Below, one piece after another: positions 18,249 to 27,504 of a DNA stretch of 32,000 nucleotides (position 1 is the stretch's first letter; each line of letters begins with the position of its first letter). Origin of the DNA: Lachnospiraceae bacterium. Lineage in GTDB: Bacteria; Bacillota; Clostridia; Lachnospirales; Lachnospiraceae. The notes below the pieces were generated by a model, which saw nothing but the letters and a program-made list of their open reading frames with translations, did no database searches and was not told where the DNA came from. Both the position numbers and the translations under genes were made by a program. Where the stretch lies: positions 29,136 through 61,135 of the forward strand of contig JBMNQX010000003.1 of assembly GCA_050944355.1 (NCBI GenBank), in the 5' to 3' direction.

Positions 18249-20102
18249 ATGAATACAAAAAAGAGATCATCGGGCAGCGGCCTGGGAATGATCTTTATGT
18301 TTCTGATCATTCTGACGGTTTTTTATCTGATATCGTTTGAGATGCCCGAAACGGAAGAAGATTATGAGTACTCGGATTTTCTGGTCCAGGTGGAGACTGA
18401 CAGTTCCGAGATCAAAGAGCTGGTGATCCATCAGAACCAGGAAATTCCGACCGGCGAAATTGTCGTCACCATGCAGGACGGCACCCGCAAGAAAGCGTAC
18501 GTCTCAGACGTCAATGAAGTCGAGGACATCGCGCAGCAGTACGGAATCCGCTATCAGCTGGAGGACGTTTCGAGACTGAATATCTGGGCCAACATCATCC
18601 TGCCGATCTGCATCATGGTGTTTATGTTCGTCATTCTGTTTCTGATGATCAGGCGTCAGGGTGCCAACAGCGGCGCCAACGCGCAGATGATGAATTTCGG
18701 CAAGAGCCGGGCACAGAAGGTCGAGAGCAGCAAGAATCCGGTTACGTTTAACGACGTGGCAGGCCTGAAGGAAGAAAAAGAAGATCTCAGTGAGATTGTC
18801 GATTTCCTCAGAGAGCCGGCCCGCTATACGAAACTCGGAGCCCGGATTCCGAAAGGCGTTATTCTCACGGGGCCTCCGGGAACCGGTAAGACGCTTCTCG
18901 CGAAGGCGGTCGCCGGCGAGGCGGGCGTCCCGTTCTATTCGATTTCCGGATCGGATTTCGTGGAAATGTTCGTCGGCGTCGGAGCATCCCGTGTCCGCGA
19001 CATGTTTGAAGAGGCGAAGAAAAACGCGCCCTGCATCGTGTTCATCGACGAAATTGATGCCGTGGCAAGACGGCGCGGCGCAGGTCTCGGCGGCGGGCAT
19101 GACGAGAGAGAACAGACGTTAAACCAGCTGCTGGTAGAGATGGACGGTTTCAGCCCGAATGCGGGAATCATTGTCATGGCGGCCACGAACCGCATTGACA
19201 TCCTGGACCCGGCGATCATGAGACCGGGCCGGTTTGACCGCAAGGTTGTCGTGGGACTTCCGGACGTGGATGAGAGACTTGCCATCCTCAAGGTTCACGC
19301 GCGCAAAAAGCCGATGGGCGATGACGTGGATCTGGAAGCGCTGGCCAGAACGACGGCCGGTTTTGCCGGGGCCGATCTGGAAAATATCTTAAATGAAGCG
19401 GCTATCCGCGCGGCCAGAGAGCGCCGGGAATATATCAACAACGAGGATATTCAGGCATCATTTGTCAAGGAAGGCATCGGAACCGAGAAGAAGAGCCGGA
19501 TTATTTCGGACAAGGAGAAGAGAATTACCGCGTACCATGAGTCGGGACACGCGATTCTGTTCCACTGTCTTCCGGAAGTGGGACCTGTTCACATGATTTC
19601 GATCATTCCGACGGGACTTGGCGCAGCCGGTTACACGATGCCGCTCCCGTCAAGGGATGAAATGTTCAACACCCGCGGCAAGATGCTGCAGCAGATCATC
19701 GTGGACTTCGGCGGACGGGTCGCCGAATCGCTGGTTTTCGATGACATCACAACCGGAGCGAGTCAGGATATCCGCCAGGCGACGAAGACAGCCCGCGACA
19801 TGGTCATGAAGTATGGCTTCTCGGATAAGCTCGGCCCGATCGACTATTCGTTCGGGGACAGCGACGAGGTGTTCATCGGCCGTGATATCGGGCATGCGCG
19901 TCCGTACGGCGAGGATGTGACAGCGATGATTGACGCGGAAGTCAAGCGTATTGTGGATTATTGCTACGGTGAGGCGAAGCGCCTCATTGAAGAGAACCGG
20001 TCGGTTCTTGACGCGAGCGCAAATCTGCTGCTCAAGAAAGAAAAAGTGACCGGCGAAGAATTCGACGCGCTCTTTACGGCACCGGCGCCGCAGGCGGACT
20101 AA
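18249..20102 (+). CDS. ftsH: ATP-dependent zinc metalloprotease FtsH
   Basis: Two N-terminal TMs, [25 protein letters not shown] region, zinc-binding HESGH. Confidence 0.98.
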   Translation: MNTKKRSSGSGLGMIFMFLIILTVFYLISFEMPETEEDYEYSDFLVQVETDSSEIKELVIHQNQEIPTGEIVVTMQDGTRKKAYVSDVNEVEDIAQQYGIRYQLEDVSRLNIWANIILPICIMVFMFVILFLMIRRQGANSGANAQMMNFGKSRAQKVESSKNPVTFNDVAGLKEEKEDLSEIVDFLREPARYTKLGARIPKGVILTGPPGTGKTLLAKAVAGEAGVPFYSISGSDFVEMFVGVGASRVRDMFEEAKKNAPCIVFIDEIDAVARRRGAGLGGGHDEREQTLNQLLVEMDGFSPNAGIIVMAATNRIDILDPAIMRPGRFDRKVVVGLPDVDERLAILKVHARKKPMGDDVDLEALARTTAGFAGADLENILNEAAIRAARERREYINNEDIQASFVKEGIGTEKKSRIISDKEKRITAYHESGHAILFHCLPEVGPVHMISIIPTGLGAAGYTMPLPSRDEMFNTRGKMLQQIIVDFGGRVAESLVFDDITTGASQDIRQATKTARDMVMKYGFSDKLGPIDYSFGDSDEVFIGRDIGHARPYGEDVTAMIDAEVKRIVDYCYGEAKRLIEENRSVLDASANLLLKKEKVTGEEFDALFTAPAPQAD

Positions 20103-20111
20103 GGACTGAAT

Positions 20112-22229
20112 ATGAAAATTGTAAAGGATCTTACACAAGATTCTGCATCTGACAGGAAGCTTTTTTACATGTGCAACGTGCGTCCGATTTTAAACACGGA
20201 CGCACTTTTCGCTGATTCGACAGATGAGTATCGGAACCCGTCGGAGCCGCTCCCCGGCGACACAGTGACTCTGCGGTTCCGGACCGAAAGGCTCAACGCT
20301 GACAGAGTATTTGTCAGTCTGAACGGAAATGACACCGAGATGGAGCGGGTGGAATCGGACGAGAATTTCGATTATTTTTCGACTTCATTCGATGTGACCG
20401 ATGAGCACATCTACTATTATTTCCGCATTGTAACGGGGCGCACGGTCGTCTACTATAATCAGCTCGGACCGGACAGCAAGCTCAATCCGTATTACGATTT
20501 TCAGATCATGCCGGGCTTCACGACGCCGGACTGGGCGAAGGGCGCCGTGGTGTATCAGATTTTTACCGACCGTTTCTGCAATGGCGATAAGAGCAATGAT
20601 GTTCTCACGGATGAGTATTCGTATCTGGGAGAACACGTAAAACACATCGACGACTGGAATCAGTACCCGTCGGCATCGGAGGGCGTTCGCGAATTTTACG
20701 GCGGCGATCTCCAGGGTGTGCTCGACAAGATGGACTATCTGCAGGATCTGGGCGTCGAGGCCATTTATTTCAACCCGCTGTTTGTATCCCCCAGCAACCA
20801 CAAATATGATATTCAGGACTACGACTACATCGACCCGCATTTCGGAAAGATCATCGAGGACGAGGGCAGTCTGCTTGCGCCCGGCGATCAGGACAATACG
20901 CACGCGGCCCGCTATATCAACCGCGTGACCAATGCCGTCAATCTGGAAGCGGGCAACTCGCTGTTCCGTCATCTTGTGGAAGAGGCGCACCGCCGCGGCA
21001 TGCGCGTCATCATCGACGGCGTGTTCAATCACTGCGGCTCGTTCAACCGCTGGATGGACCGCGAGCACATCTACAAGACCAGCCAGCATTCGCACACGGA
21101 CGGCGCTTACGTCAGCAAAGACAGCCCGTATCACGATTTCTTCCAGTTCAACGCCGACACGTGGCCGGACAACAAGTCTTACGACGGATGGTGGGGCCAC
21201 GATACGCTGCCGAAACTCAACTATGAGGCGAGCAGCCAGCTGGAGAGCATCGTGCTCGGCATCGCGGCCAAATGGGTTTCGCCGCCGTTTTCGGCGGACG
21301 GCTGGAGACTGGATGTGGCGGCTGACCTCGGCCACAGTCCTGAGTACAACCACTCGTTCTGGAAAAAATTCCGGCAGACCGTAAAACAGGCCAACCCGGA
21401 AGCCATCATCATCGCCGAGAATTACGGCGATTCCTATAACTGGCTGCAGGGCGACGAGTGGGACACGGTCATGGACTACGACGCCTTCATGGAGCCGGTG
21501 ACCTGGTTTCTGACGGGCATGCAGAAGCACTCGGACGAGTTCCGCAAGGATATGCTCGGCAATGCCGATTCTTTCTTTGATTCCATGCGCTACAACATGG
21601 CGAGACTCGGCGGCCAGGCGGCCCGCATCGCGATGAACGAGCTGAGCAATCACGACCACTCGCGCTTTCTCACGCGTACCAACCGCACGGTCGGGCGCCT
21701 GAATTACATGGGGAGTGAGGCGGCGTCAAAAGGCATCAACAAAGCCGTCATGATGGAGGCCGTCGTCATCCAGATGACCTGGCCCGGCATGCCCACGGTG
21801 TACTACGGCGACGAGGCCGGCGTGTGCGGCTGGACCGATCCGGACAACCGGCGCACTTATCCCTGGGGACACGAAGACAAGCTTCTCCTGAATTTTCACC
21901 GGGCAATCATCCGGCTGCACAAGACCTATCCGGTGCTGCGCAACGGTTCTCTGAAAAAACTCAAGGCCGAGTACAATCTGATCGCCTACGGGCGCTTCAA
22001 CCGGAAAGATCAGATCATTGTCGTCGTCAACAACAGCGAAGACGAGCGCCGCGTCATTCTCCCGGTCTGGGAACTCGGTCTCACCGATGATGACGATGTG
22101 GAGCAGATCTTTGTCACCTATGACGGTGGTTTCTCGCAGGAGCCGCTCGGATACCGCATCCGGAACGGCAGCCTGAATCTCGGCATGAGAAAGACATCCG
22201 CCATGATTCTCAGAAAGAAAGTATGGTAA
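20112..22229 (+). CDS. GH13 alpha-amylase family enzyme (neopullulanase/cyclomaltodextrinase-like)
   Basis: N-terminal CBM34-like domain; GAVVYQIFTDRFCNGD, RVIIDGVFNHCG, GWRLDVAADLGH, IIAENYG, NELSNHDHSRF. Confidence 0.93.
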   Translation: MKIVKDLTQDSASDRKLFYMCNVRPILNTDALFADSTDEYRNPSEPLPGDTVTLRFRTERLNADRVFVSLNGNDTEMERVESDENFDYFSTSFDVTDEHIYYYFRIVTGRTVVYYNQLGPDSKLNPYYDFQIMPGFTTPDWAKGAVVYQIFTDRFCNGDKSNDVLTDEYSYLGEHVKHIDDWNQYPSASEGVREFYGGDLQGVLDKMDYLQDLGVEAIYFNPLFVSPSNHKYDIQDYDYIDPHFGKIIEDEGSLLAPGDQDNTHAARYINRVTNAVNLEAGNSLFRHLVEEAHRRGMRVIIDGVFNHCGSFNRWMDREHIYKTSQHSHTDGAYVSKDSPYHDFFQFNADTWPDNKSYDGWWGHDTLPKLNYEASSQLESIVLGIAAKWVSPPFSADGWRLDVAADLGHSPEYNHSFWKKFRQTVKQANPEAIIIAENYGDSYNWLQGDEWDTVMDYDAFMEPVTWFLTGMQKHSDEFRKDMLGNADSFFDSMRYNMARLGGQAARIAMNELSNHDHSRFLTRTNRTVGRLNYMGSEAASKGINKAVMMEAVVIQMTWPGMPTVYYGDEAGVCGWTDPDNRRTYPWGHEDKLLLNFHRAIIRLHKTYPVLRNGSLKKLKAEYNLIAYGRFNRKDQIIVVVNNSEDERRVILPVWELGLTDDDDVEQIFVTYDGGFSQEPLGYRIRNGSLNLGMRKTSAMILRKKVW

Positions 22230-22958
22230 ATGAACTTTCACGTACTGACGCTTTTTCCGCAGATGATCACCGACGGTTTTCACACGAGCATTACCGGCCG
22301 AGCCATGGACGCGGGGCTGCTCAGTCTTGAGACCGTCGACATCCGCGATTTCTCAAATGACAAGCACTTCAAGGTCGATGACTACACATACGGAGGCGGC
22401 GCCGGTCTCCTGATGAAGGCAGAACCGGTGTGCGCGGCCTATGACGATCTTGTGAGGCGCACGGGACACAAAATGAAAACCATCTACCTGACTCCGCAGG
22501 GGAGTGTTTTCAATCAGGAAAAGGCGGCGCAGCTCGCCAAAGAAACGGATCTCTGCCTGCTGTGCGGACACTACGAGGGAATCGATGAGCGGGCGCTCGA
22601 AGAACTGGGGGCCGAATTCATCTCGGTCGGCGATTATGTTCTGACCGGCGGCGAACTTCCGGCGCTGATCGTCATGGACGCCGTCTCGCGGCTGGTTCCG
22701 GGCGTTTTGCACAACAACGAGTCCGCCGAGACGGAGAGTTTTGGGGACGGCCTGCTCGAATATCCCCAGTATACGCGCCCGGAGGAATTCCGGGGGCGCA
22801 GAGTGCCGGAAATTCTGCTGTCGGGCGATCACGGAAAAGTCGATGCGTGGCGCCACGAACAGAGCCTGCGGCGGACAGCCAGATACAGACCGGATCTTCT
22901 GGCAGCTTACCTGGCCGCTCATCCGGACGAGAAAGGACCGGAGGAACCGGACACATGA
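22230..22958 (+). CDS. trmD: tRNA (guanine-N1)-methyltransferase TrmD
   Basis: MNFHVLTLFPQMI, DDYTYGGGAGLLMKAEPV, LLCGHYEGIDERALE, SVGDYVLTGGELPALIVMDAVSRLVPGVL, YTRPEEFRGRRVPEILLSGDHGKVDAWR. Confidence 0.97.
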   Translation: MNFHVLTLFPQMITDGFHTSITGRAMDAGLLSLETVDIRDFSNDKHFKVDDYTYGGGAGLLMKAEPVCAAYDDLVRRTGHKMKTIYLTPQGSVFNQEKAAQLAKETDLCLLCGHYEGIDERALEELGAEFISVGDYVLTGGELPALIVMDAVSRLVPGVLHNNESAETESFGDGLLEYPQYTRPEEFRGRRVPEILLSGDHGKVDAWRHEQSLRRTARYRPDLLAAYLAAHPDEKGPEEPDT

Positions 22959-23962
22959 GACTCGGAAAACTGGCGGAAGGCCCCAGACTGCGGGCCGTGA
23001 AAAAAATTTTTGAAAACAACAGTGTTCCGGAACCGGCGCTTTTGTCCGGCGTCAGGACAGACGCGGCGGTGGCGGAAATTCCGGGATTCCCCGGCAAATG
23101 CCTTCTTCAGGCCCAGGGAGCGGACCCGGACGCTCTGATGGAAGCGTGCAATCTCGTGTATGCGGGCGGCGGTGTTCCGGAATGCGCCGAAATCACGATT
23201 TTCCTTCCACCGCAGATGACAGAGCAGGAACTCAAAAAAATCACAAGGAGCCTTGAACAGGAAGCCGGACGTCTGAACGTGCGCGTCACAGGCGTAGACG
23301 CGAGAGTCCGCGCAGGGTTGACAAATGTTTGCATAACCGCTACAGTGACAGCAATCGGTGATTTTGGTATTGTCGGAAAGCTCACCACTCCAAAGGCGGG
23401 TCAGGCGCTTGTCGTGACGGGATACGCGGGTCAGGCGGGAATCCGAAGCGTTTTCCCTTATCTTCCGGATGATATCCGAAAGAGATTCCGCCCGGACTTT
23501 CTGGACAGAGCTTTCGGAAAAGAAAGCGACACGAGTGCGGCCGCGGCGGCCGGGGTGTGCCGTGAGGCGCTGAAAGACGGAACATTTGCCATCAGTGCGG
23601 TGCATGCGGCCGGTGAGGGAGGCATTTTCGCGGCGCTCTGGGAGATGACGGCAGGCAGCGGCGTCGGTTTCACGGCGGACGTTCACAAAATTCCGGTGCG
23701 TCAGGAGGCTGTTGAAATCGCACAGCTCTTGGGGTTAAACCCGTATGAGATTCATTCGGGCGGAAGTCTTCTGATTGCGGCGGATGACGGCGAGGGCCTG
23801 GTACAGAAAATCCGCGGGGCGGGCGTGCCGGCCGAAACACTGGGAAGTTTTACGGACAGCAACAGCAAAATCCTGAACAATCGCGGGCGGATCCGGTTTC
23901 TTGACAAGCCACAGGAGGATCTGAGCGTCGATTTCCGGTACAGGCTGAGAGGAGAAGAATAA
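22955..23962 (+). CDS. PurM/HypE-like (AIR synthase-related) protein of unknown function
   Basis: ATGA overlap with the trmD stop; GIVGKLTTPKAGQALVVTGYAG, DVHKIPVRQEAVEIAQLLGLNPYEIHSGGSLLIAADDGEGLVQKIRGAGVPAETLGSFT match AIR-synthase C-terminal domain features. The 22847 start in the track is an upstream extension. Confidence 0.85.
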   Translation: MRLGKLAEGPRLRAVKKIFENNSVPEPALLSGVRTDAAVAEIPGFPGKCLLQAQGADPDALMEACNLVYAGGGVPECAEITIFLPPQMTEQELKKITRSLEQEAGRLNVRVTGVDARVRAGLTNVCITATVTAIGDFGIVGKLTTPKAGQALVVTGYAGQAGIRSVFPYLPDDIRKRFRPDFLDRAFGKESDTSAAAAAGVCREALKDGTFAISAVHAAGEGGIFAALWEMTAGSGVGFTADVHKIPVRQEAVEIAQLLGLNPYEIHSGGSLLIAADDGEGLVQKIRGAGVPAETLGSFTDSNSKILNNRGRIRFLDKPQEDLSVDFRYRLRGEE

Positions 23963-24451
23963 ATGGAATTAAGAGAACAGATTCTCAGAGATATTGAGAA
24001 GGATGCCCGCGTCGATCTGCATGAACTGGCTATCCGGCTCGGTGTCGAAGAAGCAGAGGTCGCCAACGAGATCGCGGATATGGAGAAGGAACATATCATC
24101 TGCGGTTACAACACACTGATCAACTGGGACAACACGAGTCTTGAAAAAGTCACGGCGCTGATCGAGGTGCAGGTTCAGCCGCAGAGAGGGCTGGGATTCG
24201 ACGCGATCGCAGAGAGACTTTACAAGTACAGTGAGATCAAAGCGGTGTATCTGATGAGCGGCGGTTTTGACTTTACCGTCATCATTGAGGGCAAGTCCAT
24301 GAAGTCTATCGCCCAGTTCGTGGCGACGAAGCTCTCCACACTGGACTCGATCCGCAGCTGCGCCACGCACTTTGTGCTGAAAAAGTATAAGGATTACGGC
24401 GTCATATTTGACGAAATCCACAAGGACGAAAGGGAGAAGATTACGCCATGA
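23963..24451 (+). CDS. Lrp/AsnC family transcriptional regulator
   Basis: N-terminal wHTH (LREQILRDIEKDARVDLHELAIRLGVEEAEVANEIADMEKEHIICGYNTLINW), AsnC effector domain (VYLMSGGFDFTVIIEGKSM). Confidence 0.93.
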   Translation: MELREQILRDIEKDARVDLHELAIRLGVEEAEVANEIADMEKEHIICGYNTLINWDNTSLEKVTALIEVQVQPQRGLGFDAIAERLYKYSEIKAVYLMSGGFDFTVIIEGKSMKSIAQFVATKLSTLDSIRSCATHFVLKKYKDYGVIFDEIHKDEREKITP

Positions 24452-25608
24452 GACCGATGACTTCCGAAAAAATCCGGGCTCTGCAGCCTTCCGGGATCCG
24501 GAAATTCTTCGACATCGTTCACGAGATGCCGGATGCGATTTCCCTGGGCGTGGGCGAACCGGATTTTGATACGCCGTGGAACATCCGCGAGGAGGGCATT
24601 TACTCGCTGGAGCGCGGCCGCACGTTTTATACGTCAAATGCGGGCCTGATGCCGCTTCGCGAAGAAATTTCGCGCTATCTGGAGAGGAACCAGGGCCTGA
24701 AGTACAATCCGAAAAGTCAGGTGCTGGTCACTGTCGGCGGCAGCGAGGCCATCGACATCGCGATGCGCTGCATTGTCAATCCGGGCGATGAGGTTCTGAT
24801 TCCGGAGCCGAGCTATGTTTCTTACCGGCCCTGCGCGATCATGGCCGACGCGACTCCTGTGACCATCAACCTGCAGGAATCCAATGGGTTCAAGCTCACG
24901 GCTGAGCAGCTTGAGGCGGCCATCACCGACCGGTCCCGCATTCTCGTGATGCCGTTCCCGAACAATCCGACGGGATCGATCATGACGAGAGAGGAGCTCG
25001 AGCCGCTTGTTCCGATCATCATCAAACACGATCTGATTGTGATCTCCGACGAGATTTACAGCGCTCTCACATACAGTGGAAAGCACGTGTCGATCGCAGA
25101 ACTCCCGGGCATGCAGGAGCGCACGATTCTCATCGGCGGTTTTTCGAAAGCATTTGCCATGACGGGCTGGAGACTCGGATATGCGTGCGGGCCCGAGGAG
25201 ATCATCGCGCAGATGACGAAGCTGCATCAGTTCACCATCATGTGCGCGCCGACGACGAGCCAGTACGCGGCGGTTGAGGCGCTTGCCAACTCGCAGCCCG
25301 AGGTGGACCGGATGGTCGCGTCATACAACGAGAGACGGCGGTTTTTGCTGCACGAATTCAAGCGGATGGGAATCGAGTGCTTTGAGCCTTTCGGCGCGTT
25401 TTATGTATTTCCGTCGATCCGCAAGTTCGGCATGACGAGCGACGAGTTTGCGACGCGGCTCCTGAAAGAGCAGAAGCTGGCGGTTGTCCCGGGCACGGCG
25501 TTCGGCGCCTGCGGCGAAGGCAATATCCGGATTTCCTATGCATACTCTATTGATGATTTGAAAATAGGCCTCTCCCGGATTGAAGCCTTTATTCAGTCTC
25601 TGCAGTGA
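24448..25608 (+). CDS. Class I/II PLP-dependent aminotransferase
   Basis: SLGVGEPDFDTP, TVGGSEAIDIAMRCIVNPGDEVLIPEPSYVSY, FPNNPTGSIM, ISDEIYSALTY, PLP-Lys GGFSKAFAMTGWRLGY; ATGA overlap with upstream gene. Confidence 0.95.
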   Translation: MRPMTSEKIRALQPSGIRKFFDIVHEMPDAISLGVGEPDFDTPWNIREEGIYSLERGRTFYTSNAGLMPLREEISRYLERNQGLKYNPKSQVLVTVGGSEAIDIAMRCIVNPGDEVLIPEPSYVSYRPCAIMADATPVTINLQESNGFKLTAEQLEAAITDRSRILVMPFPNNPTGSIMTREELEPLVPIIIKHDLIVISDEIYSALTYSGKHVSIAELPGMQERTILIGGFSKAFAMTGWRLGYACGPEEIIAQMTKLHQFTIMCAPTTSQYAAVEALANSQPEVDRMVASYNERRRFLLHEFKRMGIECFEPFGAFYVFPSIRKFGMTSDEFATRLLKEQKLAVVPGTAFGACGEGNIRISYAYSIDDLKIGLSRIEAFIQSLQ

Positions 25609-25615
25609 GGAGTGT

Positions 25616-26680
25616 ATGGAAATGGATCGGTTTAAGACAGCGGCACCCGTACTGATCGTGTGTGCCGTTGTGCTGCTGGCAGTTCTGTTCAGCTCGGTGG
25701 GCCGGGGTGACAATGAGCTTCCGCCGCCATCGACAACGGAGACCGAGAGCAGTGAAGCGCAGGAGTCGGGAGAATTTCAGGTGGACGAGACCATCTCCAA
25801 GGCCAGTCCCGAGGAAGCGTATGTTCAGATCGATGACATGGTTTTTCAGCTGGGGTATCAGGAACTCCTCTCGGATGCCGTAGAAGAAATCGAAGCGTCC
25901 GGACGCTACACGATAGAAGGCTACGATGCTGACGCGAAAGGACACAGCGCGGAAATCACGGTGAGCCGCGACGGGACGGTGCTTTTCACCCTGAGGGCCA
26001 GCAGTATAAAAGAATACGCGGATGATTCCAGCGTGTCGTACGCGGCGGCGTTGTTTGCGAATGACTCGGAAAAGAACATGGTTCTGACGGGAATCACCAT
26101 CACAGACGCGGGGAAGGAATATGCCTGGATTTTCTCCGGGACGCGGTATGACGGAAGCGGCCTGAGAAAGGAAGAATTTCTGACCCGCTTCGGATCGTAT
26201 TCCTCTGACGAGTATGTCTACCCGTCTCTGGTGCAGAGCGAGACAGATTCTGCCGATGTATCGGAATATGTCCTGAGCGTCGAGGTCAACGCTCCGAAAC
26301 AGGAAGTGCTCCCTTCCCGGGTCCTCACACAGATTCGCAGTCTGAGGACGCTTCAGTACACATTTGTGTTTGACAACAGAACGCAGGAATGCACTTCGAT
26401 TACGATTCAAAACACGGTCGACGCCGATGAAGTCATGGCGTACTGGGATTACCGGGCGGAAGAAAGTGCAAGACAGACGGGCACGACGTCATCTTCCGAA
26501 TCGTCTTCCGCTGAGGACGGTGAAATCGCGGACGAGCCGGCGGAAGAGACGACAGAAGGAGAGGATGCAGCGGCGGAAGACGAGGCTGCCGCAGACAGCA
26601 CAGACAGCGGGGAAGAAACCGCTGAGGTCTCCGCACAGGAGACCCCGGAAACAGAAGAACTTTCAGCGGACGGAACGTAG
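25616..26680 (+). CDS. Membrane-anchored/exported protein of unknown function with acidic C-terminal tail
   Basis: Start at ATG 25616 after GTGAGGAG; N-terminal TM helix (AAPVLIVCAVVLLAVLFSSV); C-terminal Glu/Ala/Ser/Thr-rich low-complexity tail (about residues 295 onward). Confidence 0.75.
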   Translation: MEMDRFKTAAPVLIVCAVVLLAVLFSSVGRGDNELPPPSTTETESSEAQESGEFQVDETISKASPEEAYVQIDDMVFQLGYQELLSDAVEEIEASGRYTIEGYDADAKGHSAEITVSRDGTVLFTLRASSIKEYADDSSVSYAAALFANDSEKNMVLTGITITDAGKEYAWIFSGTRYDGSGLRKEEFLTRFGSYSSDEYVYPSLVQSETDSADVSEYVLSVEVNAPKQEVLPSRVLTQIRSLRTLQYTFVFDNRTQECTSITIQNTVDADEVMAYWDYRAEESARQTGTTSSSESSSAEDGEIADEPAEETTEGEDAAAEDEAAADSTDSGEETAEVSAQETPETEELSADGT

Positions 26681-26683
26681 GAA

Positions 26684-27403
26684 TCAGATGGTTTCCGTCA
26701 GCTCAAACTTATAGCCGACGCCCCATACGGTCTGAATGGACCAGTTGGGGCCGCCGGTTATTTTTTTCCGGATTTTCCGGATGTGAGTGTCAATCGTGCG
26801 GTAATCGCCGGCAAATTCGCGCCCCCAGACCTGATCGAGCAGCTGCTCGCGGCTGAACACCTGATTCGGGTGCGAGGCCAGAAAATAGAGGAGTTCAATT
26901 TCGCGCGGTGAAAGATCCACCGGCCTGCCTTGAAATGACACCTGATAATTCTCGAGATTGATGGCAAGGTCCGGGATATTCACGGTCTTTGCGGCCGCGC
27001 CCTCAGCCGTGTCTTCCGGTGTGTAGCCGGCAAGACGGCGCAGAATCACCGTAACTCTCGCCACCATCTCACGCGTGTCAAATGGTTTGGTGAGATAATC
27101 GTCGGCTCCCGCCGCAAAGGCCGCAAGCTTGTCCCTGATATCACTCCGGGTCGTGATCACGAGAATCGGCACCTGTGATTTCAGGCGGATCCGGCGGATC
27201 AGCTGTACGCCGTCTATGTCCGGCAGAGTGAGCTCCAGCGTGATCAGATCCGGCTCTGTGTCCTGAAGGCAGCGCATGACGTCCGCGCCGCTTTTCACGG
27301 CCTCGGCTGTAAAGCCTTCCCGTGTCAGGGAAGATAAAATCAGAGAAGACATGCCGCTGTCGCTCTCTGCGACCAGAATATGTGGAATTGTACTACTTTC
27401 CAA
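26684..27403 (-). CDS. OmpR-family winged-helix response regulator with atypical receiver domain
   Basis: Receiver (HILVAESDSGM...PDLITLELTLPDIDG...ILVITTRSD...GADDYLTKPF) plus trans_reg_C domain (LSPREIELLYFLASHPNQVFSREQLLDQVWG...RTIDTHIRKIRKKI). Confidence 0.94.
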   Translation of the reverse strand: MESSTIPHILVAESDSGMSSLILSSLTREGFTAEAVKSGADVMRCLQDTEPDLITLELTLPDIDGVQLIRRIRLKSQVPILVITTRSDIRDKLAAFAAGADDYLTKPFDTREMVARVTVILRRLAGYTPEDTAEGAAAKTVNIPDLAINLENYQVSFQGRPVDLSPREIELLYFLASHPNQVFSREQLLDQVWGREFAGDYRTIDTHIRKIRKKITGGPNWSIQTVWGVGYKFELTETI

Positions 27404-27504
27404 CGGATGCTCCTTTCAACAAACGTGTGAACGGCGCTTTGAGGCGCAGTGCCTGCGCGGCGCCTGAAGATATGGCGGTTTCTTTGAACGGCTGAAAGTC
27501 AGAA

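Noticed and set aside
20385-21659. 424-aa minus-strand ORF inside the GH13 gene
   Set aside because: Antisense shadow ORF; GH13 catalytic motifs clearly support the + strand.
22847-22954. N-terminal extension of the PurM/HypE-like protein from ATG 22847
   Set aside because: Overlaps trmD by over 100 nt with no RBS; the ATGA overlap at 22955 is the normal coupled start.
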